64,000 bases of DNA from an uncultured Caldilineaceae bacterium (GTDB taxonomy: Bacteria > Chloroflexota > Anaerolineae > Caldilineales > Caldilineaceae). Location: assembly GCA_964566955.1 (NCBI GenBank), contig CAZMKQ010000002.1:8171-72170 (forward strand), given 5' to 3'. Every line of letters starts with the position of its first letter. The first letter of the stretch is position 1. Under the pieces are notes generated by a model, which saw only the letters and a list, made by a program, of their open reading frames with translations, ran no database searches and was not told the DNA's origin. Positions 27,162-36,420 of this stretch are shown one piece after another. The translations under genes and the position numbers were made by a program.

Positions 27162-29729
27162 TCAGGGGTTGAAGGCATGCTCGAACAAGGCACGGGCAGT
27201 CAGGATGTACATGGTGTCCCTGTGGACGAATACGTCGAGGAGACCGTCAAAGGCTTCCTCCATGCCGTGGGGAGCCACAAGCTGGTGCCGGAACGCGCCC
27301 GTGTTGGGGTCCAGCACCAGGATGCTGCCGCGTCCGGAATCCACCAGCAACATGTAGTCGTTCTGGTCCGTGTCGGCCTCCAGGTCGACAAACCGGCTGT
27401 TGAAGCCCACGGCCCCGTGTACCGCAAAGGGCAACTGAATGTTGGCTTGGCTGCCGGAATCCTGCCGGCCCAGCGACACCACGGAGTTGTTGTCGAACAA
27501 CAACCAGATGTTGTCGCCCACGTGCATGCCGACGGCACCGCTCAGATCTATGGGTTCCGGCAGCCAAGGCTCTTCTTGCACGACGGCCTGGTTGAGGTTG
27601 TAGCGCCAAATCTGCCCGTGGCCGCTGTCGGCCACGTAGAGCCGGTTGGAGTAGAAGTCAATCTGGACCGGGTTGATCCATGCATTCCTGCTGCCGAAGG
27701 TTACAAGGGAAACAAGGTCCGTGTCGTTGTACTGGAACAGATGACGGTCTTCGTCGATGAGATACAGGCTGGGCTTGTCGCTATGCGCGGTCTTGGTCGG
27801 TTGGAACGCCATGTCCACGATCCGGCCGACCGTGACACCGTCGATCACGGTGTCCTGGCTCAGTACCTCCTGGGAAGAGCCCCCCTCCTTCCGGCGCAGG
27901 GAGTCCAGCCGGTATTTGGTAACGGTTCGGTGATCGCTGGCCAGGACGTACAGGTCCTGGAAGTTGACCGCCATGCGTGCCGGAGGGTGGTCGCGTTCAA
28001 ACGTCAACAGGGGCTCGGTCAGTCCCAGCAGCGGAATGCGTTGGAAGGCATCGTCCCAAAGTTCCAGAATCTTCAACTGGAGGGCATTCAGGCCAGGTGA
28101 CGGCCCCTGCGTCTCCTGCATGCTTTGGGCCAGTTCGCGGGCCTGCTGCAGTTGCTGCTGGGCCGCTTCGTACTGCTCGCGTTCCAGCAGGGCATCCGCT
28201 TTCTCCACCTGCTGTTGGATCAGGGCCAGGGCCACCGGGTCGTCTTGGCTGCCCACGGGTTCGTTGATGCGATACGCGAAGTAGGTGGCGGCCGGCACCG
28301 TTATCAGCAGGCACAGGAGCAACATGGCCGACCACGACTTCGGTATTCTCCGCCTGGGTTGACGTTCCCGAAGCGCGTGGTGGATCTCCTGAAAGTTGGG
28401 GAGGGCAACCGACTGGCCGGGATCCGGTGCGGCGGTCGGCGCGGTGTGGGGCGAGACCGCCGCTGCGCGCGGCCTCTCTGCGGATGGCTCCGCAGTCGCG
28501 GCGGATTGCATCCTGGCCTGCGGTTCGGCATTCGGGTCGGGAAATGCCTCGCCGAACCACACCTTTACTCTCTGGCCCGCGGATTGCAGAATCCGGCCGC
28601 CTCCGCCAAACCAGCCTGCTCCGGTCTTCGCCCCGTGACCGCGCGTGTCAAGCGCGGACTGCAGAACGGCTCCGGATTCTGGTTCCCGCTCCTTGTCCGC
28701 ACCGTGATTGGCGTCCGCCTCTGCGGCCGGACTTCGGCGTACCGCCGGGACCTCCAATTCGGCCGGAGCCAGGATGACCTTCGGTTCGGACATCTCGAAA
28801 TCGGTTGTCTCCGGAACTTCCTTGGCCTCGGGAGCGGATTCCAACATCCCGGCTGCCGGCCGTGCGTCCGGCTGGGCTGGTTCCCGTGTCGCGTCCGGAT
28901 GCGCGGGAGCCACAAACCGGGTCTTGTCGGCTTGGCCGGGCTGGTGAACGGAAACCGGGGTCGGGATTGCGATCAGAAGTCCGGGAGCCTCCTGGCGGCG
29001 GGCCTGGTCGGCCAACCAGTCCGAGCGCTCCGGCCGCGTTCCCTCCGCCAGGTCGGTTACCGCGGTGGCGAGTGTCTGCTTGGCCGCCTCCGCCGTGGCC
29101 TGCGAGTCGTTTGTGGCCAGCCAGTCGGATGTGGCCAGAAAGCACCCCTGGCCCGGGGCCAGTTGGCCTTGGTAGGTTCCGGGGAGGAGCCGGTTCGGCC
29201 CGCCGGCCAGACCGCCGACAGGCGCTGAACCGGTGGGGAACACGTCCGCGGATGCTTGCCCCGTCACGATGTGAAGGGTTCCGTCGGTCCAGGCCACTTT
29301 CAAGTCGCGGCCCCGCACCTCCGCCACCGAGGCGGTGCCCGCCACTTGGATATTGGGGTAGTCGCGGCGAATGTATCCCAGGTACACGTGGAGTGCGACC
29401 AGGGAATCGGTCAAGGCGCTGATGCCTTTGGCGGAGGACAGGAGGTAGCTGCGGCAGACCCTGAGGCTGAAGGCGGTGATCAGGTCCCCTGCCTGGGAGC
29501 CGGGCAGGTGTTCCTTAAGGACAGGAAAATCCAGAACCACGCAAAACGTGGCTCCGCCGCGCCTTCGATTCTCGCTGGCAGGAACTACCCGGGTGCACGA
29601 CCCGGATGCAAAATCTGGTGTGGAGGGATGGGAAGCGAAAAGGACGGATGGTTCGTCTTGTTCATCAGGTGCGATGTGGGATGGCATTGTCGTGTCAACT
29701 GACCAGAACAAGGGGTGGAACGGGTGCAC
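27162..29729 (-). CDS. Large hypothetical membrane-anchored protein: cytoplasmic N-domain, long low-complexity linker, one TM segment, and a coiled-coil plus beta-propeller-like C-domain
   Basis: 855-aa ORF. The TM segment is 'SAMLLLCLLITVPAATYFAY'. The C-terminus has repeated strand-like blocks such as 'LYVADSGHGQIWRY', 'NIWLLFDNNSVVSL', 'YMLLVDSGRGSILVLD' and 'MYILTARALF'. The start could instead be the internal ATG at 29687. Confidence 0.7.
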   Translation of the reverse strand: MHPFHPLFWSVDTTMPSHIAPDEQDEPSVLFASHPSTPDFASGSCTRVVPASENRRRGGATFCVVLDFPVLKEHLPGSQAGDLITAFSLRVCRSYLLSSAKGISALTDSLVALHVYLGYIRRDYPNIQVAGTASVAEVRGRDLKVAWTDGTLHIVTGQASADVFPTGSAPVGGLAGGPNRLLPGTYQGQLAPGQGCFLATSDWLATNDSQATAEAAKQTLATAVTDLAEGTRPERSDWLADQARRQEAPGLLIAIPTPVSVHQPGQADKTRFVAPAHPDATREPAQPDARPAAGMLESAPEAKEVPETTDFEMSEPKVILAPAELEVPAVRRSPAAEADANHGADKEREPESGAVLQSALDTRGHGAKTGAGWFGGGGRILQSAGQRVKVWFGEAFPDPNAEPQARMQSAATAEPSAERPRAAAVSPHTAPTAAPDPGQSVALPNFQEIHHALRERQPRRRIPKSWSAMLLLCLLITVPAATYFAYRINEPVGSQDDPVALALIQQQVEKADALLEREQYEAAQQQLQQARELAQSMQETQGPSPGLNALQLKILELWDDAFQRIPLLGLTEPLLTFERDHPPARMAVNFQDLYVLASDHRTVTKYRLDSLRRKEGGSSQEVLSQDTVIDGVTVGRIVDMAFQPTKTAHSDKPSLYLIDEDRHLFQYNDTDLVSLVTFGSRNAWINPVQIDFYSNRLYVADSGHGQIWRYNLNQAVVQEEPWLPEPIDLSGAVGMHVGDNIWLLFDNNSVVSLGRQDSGSQANIQLPFAVHGAVGFNSRFVDLEADTDQNDYMLLVDSGRGSILVLDPNTGAFRHQLVAPHGMEEAFDGLLDVFVHRDTMYILTARALFEHAFNP

Positions 29730-29814
29730 GCCACCCTGCGTGCTTGACTGAAGCGGATGTCTACATGACGTTCACGGTCGGTGGCGGGTGCGGATGTCCG
29801 GAACGCGCACGGCG

Positions 29815-30954
29815 TCAGTTGCCCGACTGCAGCGTGCGCGTGATGATGTCCAGTTGCTCCGTATCGGACACCTGGTCTTTCCGTTTGCGGCCCTTGTGCC
29901 CCTTCCGCGATCCCTGTCCCTGTTGCGCCTTCATGAATGCCAGTTCCATGGCATTCATCGGCGGGGCGTCGTTGGTGCCGAAGGGGTCCTCGATCTCCTC
30001 GTCGTCCGGGGCATCCAGAAGTCGGCGACGGCTTACATCCAGTCGCCTGCGCCGGGAACTGACCATGAGGATCATGACTTCAACTTCCTGGCCGACCTCC
30101 AGCTCGTCGTCGGCGTTCACGACACGGTGATGATCGATTTCGTCCAGGGCCATGAAGGCGTCGACGCCGACGCCGACATCCAACAGGGCGCCCCGGTCGT
30201 TGAAGCCCTTGACCGTACCGTTGATGCGGGCCCCGCGGCGCAGATCGGAGATAAGCTTGACATCGGGCGGCAGCTTGCTGACGGCAATCTGCCACTTGCT
30301 GCCCTTTTCCTTGGGCATGCTGATTTCGGTGACCCAGACATCGAACTCGTCCCCGACTTTGACGACGGCATGGATGTCCTGCACTCGTTCCTGGGACAGG
30401 CGGCTCACCGGCAGGAAGCCGTCCTTGTCGGAACCGATGTCGCAAAAGGCTGCGGCCTCAATCACAGCCTTGACCACGGCGTGACGCTTGTCGCCGATCT
30501 TCAGGTTTTTGATGGACTTGTAGTCCGGCCGGATCAGCGTCAGGTCAATCTTGTTGGATTCCCGGTTCAGCTTGTGGATCCAGACATGGATCCGGTCGCC
30601 GCGCTTGAGGTGCCTCGAGGGTTGAAACGCCTCGAGCTTCTCCTTGTTGTAACGGAGATACGGCAGGAACTGGCTCTTGTGGAGAAACCCTTCCTTGCCC
30701 GTTCCGATATCGACCCAGGCACCCTGGCGGTCCGTAACGCGGGTAACCGTCCCGTCCCGTCTGTCTCCGACGGCCAGCGTGATGATCTTTTTCTTTTGCT
30801 TGGGCCGTTTGACCGGCTCCGGACCGGCTTGTTGCGCTGTGGCATCCGCAGTCTGCGGGGCAGGCCGGGACGCAGCGGCGGCAAGGTCCTGTGCGCCCTG
30901 GATACCGTCGGAGACGGTGACCTGCCCGGAGGAGGGCGAGGGGTTGTTGTCCAT
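29815..30954 (-). CDS. S1 RNA-binding domain protein (three S1 repeats, basic/acidic C-terminal tail)
   Basis: The repeats are 'GTVTRVTDRQGAWVDIGTGKEGFLHKSQ', 'HAVVKAVIEAAAFCDIGSDKDGFLPVSRL' and 'INGTVKGFNDRGALLDVGVGVDAFMALDEI'. I chose the start at ATG 30954 (MDNNPSP). Confidence 0.8.
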   Translation of the reverse strand: MDNNPSPSSGQVTVSDGIQGAQDLAAAASRPAPQTADATAQQAGPEPVKRPKQKKKIITLAVGDRRDGTVTRVTDRQGAWVDIGTGKEGFLHKSQFLPYLRYNKEKLEAFQPSRHLKRGDRIHVWIHKLNRESNKIDLTLIRPDYKSIKNLKIGDKRHAVVKAVIEAAAFCDIGSDKDGFLPVSRLSQERVQDIHAVVKVGDEFDVWVTEISMPKEKGSKWQIAVSKLPPDVKLISDLRRGARINGTVKGFNDRGALLDVGVGVDAFMALDEIDHHRVVNADDELEVGQEVEVMILMVSSRRRRLDVSRRRLLDAPDDEEIEDPFGTNDAPPMNAMELAFMKAQQGQGSRKGHKGRKRKDQVSDTEQLDIITRTLQSGN

Positions 30955-31272
30955 TGTTGGTATGGGTCGTGGTGTGATGGCCGAGGGGCACGGAGAATGG
31001 GATGGCGGGACACAATTATAGGCCGCAGCCGATTCATTCCCCAAACAGGAGGCTTGGGCGGCATGGTTTGCGGATGCCTGCCCGCGAGGGGCTCCCGGCA
31101 TCCCATCGCGTCCGGTACTGCCTGTGCCTTTGGGCACGGCATGTCGATCGTCGCTTGCAGCTTCGAGCCAAAAGCAACGAACGTGAAACAGCGTGGGTCT
31201 GGCCCGGACGGGGCGGGGCCAAGAATTCCCTTCCACTCCCGTTGGTCGTGGATTCATGTGTGATAATCCCGT

Positions 31273-32085
31273 ATGGGGAGGATGTGCCTGACCCGAATGG
31301 CTTCAACCGTGGCTGATTCACCTGAACCCTCGACCATGTCCCTGGCTGGGCGGAGGGTGCTGGTAACGGGTGGTGCACACCGCATCGGGCGCCGCATCTG
31401 TCTGGATTTGGCGCACGCCGGGGCCAGCGTGACCTTTTCCTGGCTGAGCGCCGAACGTCAGGCCCGGACAACCCTGGCCGAGCTGCAGGCCATTGATGCG
31501 GGAGCTTCCGCGGTGCAGTGCGATGTGACCCGGCTGCGGGATGTGCGCAGCCTGCGGGACCATCTGCACCGCCGGGGGGACGGTCTGGACATCTGCATCA
31601 ACTCCGCCAGTCCGTGGGAGTTCGATGCGTTCCCCTTGGCGGACTATGCCTCCTGGCATCGCGTGACCCGTGCGTCCATTGACGGGTGCGTTTACCTCTG
31701 CAACGAACTGCTGCCCCTGTTGCTGGAGTCGTCCTCGCCCTGCATCATCAATGTTCTGGACACCATCGTGCGTCAGCCCCGAACCGGATTGACGGCCCAC
31801 GCCGTGGGCAAGGCCGGCCTGGAGGCTCTCACCCGGCAGCTGGCGCTCGAACTCGCGCCCAAGGTCAGGGTCAATGGCCTTGTGCCGGGACCGGTTTTGC
31901 CCCAGCCCGACCTGTCTGTGCATGCCCGTCGGCGCGTGGCGGACGCGACGCTGCTGGGCCGATGGGGAACACCCGAGGACGTCGTGCGCGGAGTGCGCTT
32001 CCTGATTGATTCGGACTTTGTCACCGGATCGCTGCTGTTCATCGACGGCGGGGAGAGCATTGCCATGCACCACAGGCCGCGTTGA
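31273..32085 (+). CDS. SDR family oxidoreductase (pteridine-reductase-like)
   Basis: Contains 'RVLVTGGAHRIGRRI', 'NSAS' and 'HAVGKAGL' (a YxxxK position variant). The true start may be ATG 31336 (MSLAGRR). Confidence 0.8.
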   Translation: MGRMCLTRMASTVADSPEPSTMSLAGRRVLVTGGAHRIGRRICLDLAHAGASVTFSWLSAERQARTTLAELQAIDAGASAVQCDVTRLRDVRSLRDHLHRRGDGLDICINSASPWEFDAFPLADYASWHRVTRASIDGCVYLCNELLPLLLESSSPCIINVLDTIVRQPRTGLTAHAVGKAGLEALTRQLALELAPKVRVNGLVPGPVLPQPDLSVHARRRVADATLLGRWGTPEDVVRGVRFLIDSDFVTGSLLFIDGGESIAMHHRPR

Positions 32086-33296
32086 TGCCGATGCAGGACG
32101 GGACCGGCAGTGTCCGACCGGCACTGGTGGATCGGGAGTGCCTGGAACAGCGGGAGCTCGCGACGCTGGCGCCGTACGCTGTGTGCAGCCTGCACAGCCG
32201 CGGTCGCGTCCAGCCGGAGGCAGTCGACGCGTGGCGCACATGCTTTCAGCGGGACCGGGACAGGGTTGTCCACTCGCGTGCCTTTCGGCGTCTGGCCCAC
32301 AAGACCCAGGTGCAGCCGTTGCCTGGCAGCGACCATGTCCGGACGCGCCTCACGCACAGTCTGGAGGTGGCGCAGATAGGCCGTTCCGTTGCGCGTCGGC
32401 TGAATGTCAACGAGGATCTGGTCGAGGCCATATGCCTTGCCCACGATTTGGGACACCCCCCGTTCGGACACGAAGGGGAACAGACCCTGAACGAGCTGTT
32501 GTCCGACGTCGGGGGATTCGACCACAACCTGTTCACGTTCGAACTGCTGGACGTGCGGGAACGACGTCGCCCGGACAGGCCCGGCCTCAACCTCACATAT
32601 GAGGTTAGGGAAGGTGTTCTCAAGCACGGGGCCGCGCCGTCGGCCCGCCAGATTGAACGGGTGGCGGAGGAAGGGCTGCGACCTTGGGAAGCTGCGTCGC
32701 TGGAGGCCCAGATCAGCAACCTGGCCGACGAGATTGCCTACAACTCAAGCGACTTGGACGACCTGATGCGCTTTGGTGAGGGGAACGGTCAACGCTTGGC
32801 CGGGGCCGTCCGGGAATTGGAGGTGTACCGGCGCATTCGGGCGCATGCTGCAAGCCGTGAACTGGAGGAGGCCGACCTGGCCTCTTCCACCTCGCGCAAG
32901 GTGCTGATTACCGCCATGGTGGGCCAGGCCATCGGCGACTGTGTGGAGGCCACTGTCAGCAACCTGCAGCGCGGCTACATTCGCAGTCTCACCGATGTGC
33001 GGAGGTGCCGTGATCGGCCCTTGGTGGGTCTGGATTCCGAGTTGGAATCCATGTACGGCGAGTTGCGGCGGTTCCTGACGGTCAACTTCTACCAGACCCG
33101 CAGGGTGCGGATCCGTGCCATGGCAGGCGTGGATGCCATTCACCGTGTGTTTGCGGCTCTGGTGTCGGAGCCGTCGCAGTTGCCGCCAGCCTGGCGGGAC
33201 GAACTGGACTGCCGGGATCGGCAAGCGGTGGTCGGCGCCTATATCGCGACCATGACGGACCGCTTTTTGCTGGACATGGACGCCCGGCTCCGTTGA
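32085..33296 (+). CDS. dgt: dGTP triphosphohydrolase-like HD-domain protein
   Basis: Contains 'FQRDRDRVVHSRAFRRLAHKTQV', 'RTRLTHSLEVAQIGR' and 'CLAHDLGHPPFGH'. The ATG overlaps the upstream stop (TGATG). Confidence 0.85.
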   Translation: MPMQDGTGSVRPALVDRECLEQRELATLAPYAVCSLHSRGRVQPEAVDAWRTCFQRDRDRVVHSRAFRRLAHKTQVQPLPGSDHVRTRLTHSLEVAQIGRSVARRLNVNEDLVEAICLAHDLGHPPFGHEGEQTLNELLSDVGGFDHNLFTFELLDVRERRRPDRPGLNLTYEVREGVLKHGAAPSARQIERVAEEGLRPWEAASLEAQISNLADEIAYNSSDLDDLMRFGEGNGQRLAGAVRELEVYRRIRAHAASRELEEADLASSTSRKVLITAMVGQAIGDCVEATVSNLQRGYIRSLTDVRRCRDRPLVGLDSELESMYGELRRFLTVNFYQTRRVRIRAMAGVDAIHRVFAALVSEPSQLPPAWRDELDCRDRQAVVGAYIATMTDRFLLDMDARLR

Positions 33297-33328
33297 GGCG
33301 CGGGCCAATTCGTTGTGCGCCGTCGGCT

Positions 33329-34126
33329 TCAGCGTCGGGGACGCGGTTCCCGGTACTCCTGGTACTCGGGGTCCTCCAACTCCGCGGCCTCGTCCTCCGA
33401 AGCCGAGTCTTCGGTGCCAAACCGGGTCAGGCCTACATCGCGTAACCGGGTGCGGGTCCGTTCCAGGAATGCGGTGAACTTCCCGAATTGATTCCGGAGA
33501 CCGCCTCCGGCACCCAGATCGAGCTCGGAGTGCAGGCTGGCCACCGCCTCGCCTTCCGTTCCCGCAGTCGCCTCCTGGGCAATCAGGCGCCAGGCCACAA
33601 ACAACAGGCCCGCGACCAGAACCAAACTGCTCAACAGCGAGAACAACTGAATGAACCGGTTGTCCCTGACCAGTTCCGGAGGCGGACTGCCTTCCGCCAC
33701 CGGCAAGGCGCTCCCATCCGGCGTCTGCGGGCCGTCGATGAGCACGCCCTGCAGGGCCAGGAGATTGGCTTCGATCAATTCCTGCTCGCCGTCGCCCAGG
33801 ATCAGGCCGGAACTTCCCTCGGCGCGCAGGAGGCCCAGCGCCTCGTTGACCGCCAATCTTGGATCCGAGGCCATGTAACCGAGAATTTTGGTCGCACCGG
33901 GGGACAGCGAGTCCGAACCGCTGATCTGCTGGTCCTCGGCCAGGCTGTTGACAATCAGGATTTTGTAGGCGCCAAGCAAATCGGCCGGCAGCGCTCCTTG
34001 CCACTGGACAGGCCACGCGTACCACGCCAGGGCGATGCCGGCGGCCAGGCTGAAGGCGATGACGACCACATACTTGATGAGGGGCCGCAGGAAACCCCTC
34101 ATCCGCGAATCGGAAACACGAATCAT
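33329..34126 (-). CDS. Hypothetical membrane protein (two TM segments, acidic C-terminal tail)
   Basis: 265 aa. TM segments are 'YVVVIAFSLAAGIALAWYAW' and 'LFSLLSSLVLVAGLLFVAW'. An ATGA start/stop overlap links it to the upstream manC-like gene. Confidence 0.6.
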   Translation of the reverse strand: MIRVSDSRMRGFLRPLIKYVVVIAFSLAAGIALAWYAWPVQWQGALPADLLGAYKILIVNSLAEDQQISGSDSLSPGATKILGYMASDPRLAVNEALGLLRAEGSSGLILGDGEQELIEANLLALQGVLIDGPQTPDGSALPVAEGSPPPELVRDNRFIQLFSLLSSLVLVAGLLFVAWRLIAQEATAGTEGEAVASLHSELDLGAGGGLRNQFGKFTAFLERTRTRLRDVGLTRFGTEDSASEDEAAELEDPEYQEYREPRPRR

Positions 34127-35166
34127 GTCATTCCACCGAGGCCTGATTCTTCGATTGCTGTGATGATGGACTTGACGGACTGCATGTGGTTCTTGCGTCC
34201 CACCAGCAGGGCATCGGGCGTGTCCACGACGACCAAGTCCTGAACGCCGACCATTGCCACCAGACGTCCGTTGGCGAAGATGATGTTGTGTCGGCTGTCG
34301 ACGGTGACAACCCTGTCGCCGACCACGACATTGGCATCCCCGTCCTTTTCCAATATGCGCTCGAGCGCGTCCCAGCTGCCCAGGTCGGTCCAGCCCGTCT
34401 CAAGATGAACCACCGTGCAGTCGGCGGCCTGTTCAATGACCACCTGATCGATGCTGCATGGATCCAGTGCCTGCCAGGTTTCGCCGTTCGGACCCGGATT
34501 GCGGGCCGCCTCCAGCAGGTGCGGAGCGCATTGCGCCAGGCGATGGCGCAGGCTGTCGACGCGGCTGACGAGGATGCCGCAATTCCAGAGGCAGTCGCCG
34601 CGCTCGAGCAGGCGCGCGGCGGCCGTGGCGTCCGGCTTCTCGCGGAAGCTGCGCACGCGCGCGGCGGGCGGGGTGCTGGCGGGGGCCAGCGGGGCGCCCA
34701 ACCTGATGTACCCGTATCCCGTGTGCGGATGGTCGGGTACGGCGCCCAGCAGAACCAGGGAGCCGTCGGCCGCGAGTTCGGCCGCGCGGGTCAGGGCCTG
34801 GCAGAAAACGACTTCGTCCTGGATCCAGTGGTCCGAAGGCAGCCAAATCGCAATCTCGCTGTCCGTATCCGCCGGCAGATGTGCCAACACCCAGGCGAAG
34901 GCGGGGGCCGTATTGCGGCCTTCCGGTTCGGACAGGATCCGCGCCCGGTCAAGGTGCGGAAGCTGTTGGGAAACCAGATGGGAGGTGCTGCGGCCGGTTA
35001 CCACCCATGTGCGTTCCGATGGCAGCAGGGGAGAGAGCCGACGACAGGTCGCTTGCAGCAGCGATTCCCCCTGCGCGAGCAGATCGTCAAACTGCTTGGG
35101 CGTCTGCTGCCGACTGCGAGGCCACAGGCGATTCCCGCTGCCGCCAGCCAGGACTACGCCTATCAT
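34123..35166 (-). CDS. Mannose-1-phosphate guanylyltransferase-like nucleotidyltransferase
   Basis: 'MIGVVLAGGSGNRLWPRSRQQTPKQF' is the nucleotidyltransferase G-loop. Length and C-terminal region are typical of ManC/CpsB-type enzymes. Confidence 0.85.
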   Translation of the reverse strand: MIGVVLAGGSGNRLWPRSRQQTPKQFDDLLAQGESLLQATCRRLSPLLPSERTWVVTGRSTSHLVSQQLPHLDRARILSEPEGRNTAPAFAWVLAHLPADTDSEIAIWLPSDHWIQDEVVFCQALTRAAELAADGSLVLLGAVPDHPHTGYGYIRLGAPLAPASTPPAARVRSFREKPDATAAARLLERGDCLWNCGILVSRVDSLRHRLAQCAPHLLEAARNPGPNGETWQALDPCSIDQVVIEQAADCTVVHLETGWTDLGSWDALERILEKDGDANVVVGDRVVTVDSRHNIIFANGRLVAMVGVQDLVVVDTPDALLVGRKNHMQSVKSIITAIEESGLGGMT

Positions 35167-35249
35167 CGATGATTGCTTCCATGGCGTGGCAGGGCACCCG
35201 ACCGGCTACCGCGCGGACGGACCCTGTTTGGTCTGGCCTGAATCTTATC

Positions 35250-35783
35250 CTACTTGGGCAGCAGACCCGGCAGCAGGTGCACGATTACCGATCGTTCGGG
35301 GATGTTCACCTCGGCCACCACCTCGCGGATGGCAGGCAGCAGGATGGGTTGGCTGAGTCCCAGATCCGGAGCCGGGCGCACCTCCCAGACATCGTTGGCT
35401 CCGGTCGCGGCCACGTCGGTCACCACACCCAGGTACAGACCGGCATCGGTGGTGACCGATGCACCGACAATGTCGTGAATCCACCAGGTTCCCGGATCCG
35501 GCGGCGGCACGTCCGCTTCCGGCACGGACAGCCAGGCGCCGCGCAGGGATTCGGCGGCCGTTCTGTCCCGAACCTCGACGAACTGCACGAGTAGCGCTTG
35601 CTTGTGGCGTCGCGTGGACAGAACCGTCAGCGGACTCCGCCCGAGGGTGCTGTGCAGGATCTGCCGTGGGGCAAACCGCTCGTTGTTGTCGGTGATGACG
35701 CGAATGCCCACCTCGCCCTTGATGCCGTGGGGCTTTTCGACGCGTCCGACGACGAAGTGGTCGTCGGGATAGGGGGAAGCCAT
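35250..35783 (-). CDS. rimM: 16S rRNA processing protein RimM
   Basis: Contains 'VGRVEKPHGIKGEV', 'L.VQFVEVRDRTAAESLRG' and the PRC-barrel C-terminus 'WEVRP...LLPAIREVV'. Confidence 0.9.
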   Translation of the reverse strand: MASPYPDDHFVVGRVEKPHGIKGEVGIRVITDNNERFAPRQILHSTLGRSPLTVLSTRRHKQALLVQFVEVRDRTAAESLRGAWLSVPEADVPPPDPGTWWIHDIVGASVTTDAGLYLGVVTDVAATGANDVWEVRPAPDLGLSQPILLPAIREVVAEVNIPERSVIVHLLPGLLPK

Positions 35784-35807
35784 CGGCGACCACCGGTATG
35801 GGGTGGT

Positions 35808-36131
35808 TCAGGTCCGGTCGTCCTGCCCGCGTTCGGTCGGGGTCAGGCCATCGCCGATCTCCTGCCAGGAGTCCACGTGCAGGGCGACATGGGCATGCGG
35901 GCTGGTCGACGACGCCTTGACCAGGGCCCGGAGGGCACGAATGTTGTCCCCGTTGCGTCCAATGATGAACTTCATGTCTTCCTGGTGCACCAGCAGGTTG
36001 AATTCCAGGTCCTGGTCGTACTGGTGCGCCTCCACCTCGACGTCGTCCGGATGCTGTGCCAGGGTCGACGCGACCCAGGTTACGAGCTGGCCGATGCGGT
36101 CGATGGTGTTGTCCGCGTCATGCTTCGACAT
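35808..36131 (-). CDS. KH-domain RNA-binding protein (YlqC/UPF0109 family)
   Basis: 'IIGRNGDNIRALRALV' is a GxxG KH motif. The gene sits in the conserved position between rpsP and rimM. Confidence 0.85.
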   Translation of the reverse strand: MSKHDADNTIDRIGQLVTWVASTLAQHPDDVEVEAHQYDQDLEFNLLVHQEDMKFIIGRNGDNIRALRALVKASSTSPHAHVALHVDSWQEIGDGLTPTERGQDDRT

Positions 36132-36390
36132 GTTCGTCCGTTGCGGCCGCGGCTTCGGCGGAGGCCACCTTCAGGAGACGCTGCACGGCCGGTGTCGGCT
36201 GGGCGCCGCGCGCAATCCAGTGGTTGGCCCGTTCCACGTCCACGACGATGGTTTCCGGTTCGGTGCGCGGATTGAAGTGTCCGATGTTCTCGATGAAACT
36301 GCCGCTGGTGGCCTTGCGTTGATCCGCGACCAGGATGCGGTAGGTCGGTTTGTTCTTGGTGCCTTTGCGCACCAGGCGAATGCGAACCAC
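36118..36390 (-). CDS. rpsP: 30S ribosomal protein S16
   Basis: 'MVRIRLVRKGTKNKPTYRILVADQR..RSGSFIENIGHFNP' is the canonical S16 sequence. Confidence 0.95.
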   Translation of the reverse strand: MVRIRLVRKGTKNKPTYRILVADQRKATSGSFIENIGHFNPRTEPETIVVDVERANHWIARGAQPTPAVQRLLKVASAEAAAATDEHVEA

Positions 36391-36420
36391 TGTGTGGGGC
36401 TCTCCTAGGGGTTGTGGGTG

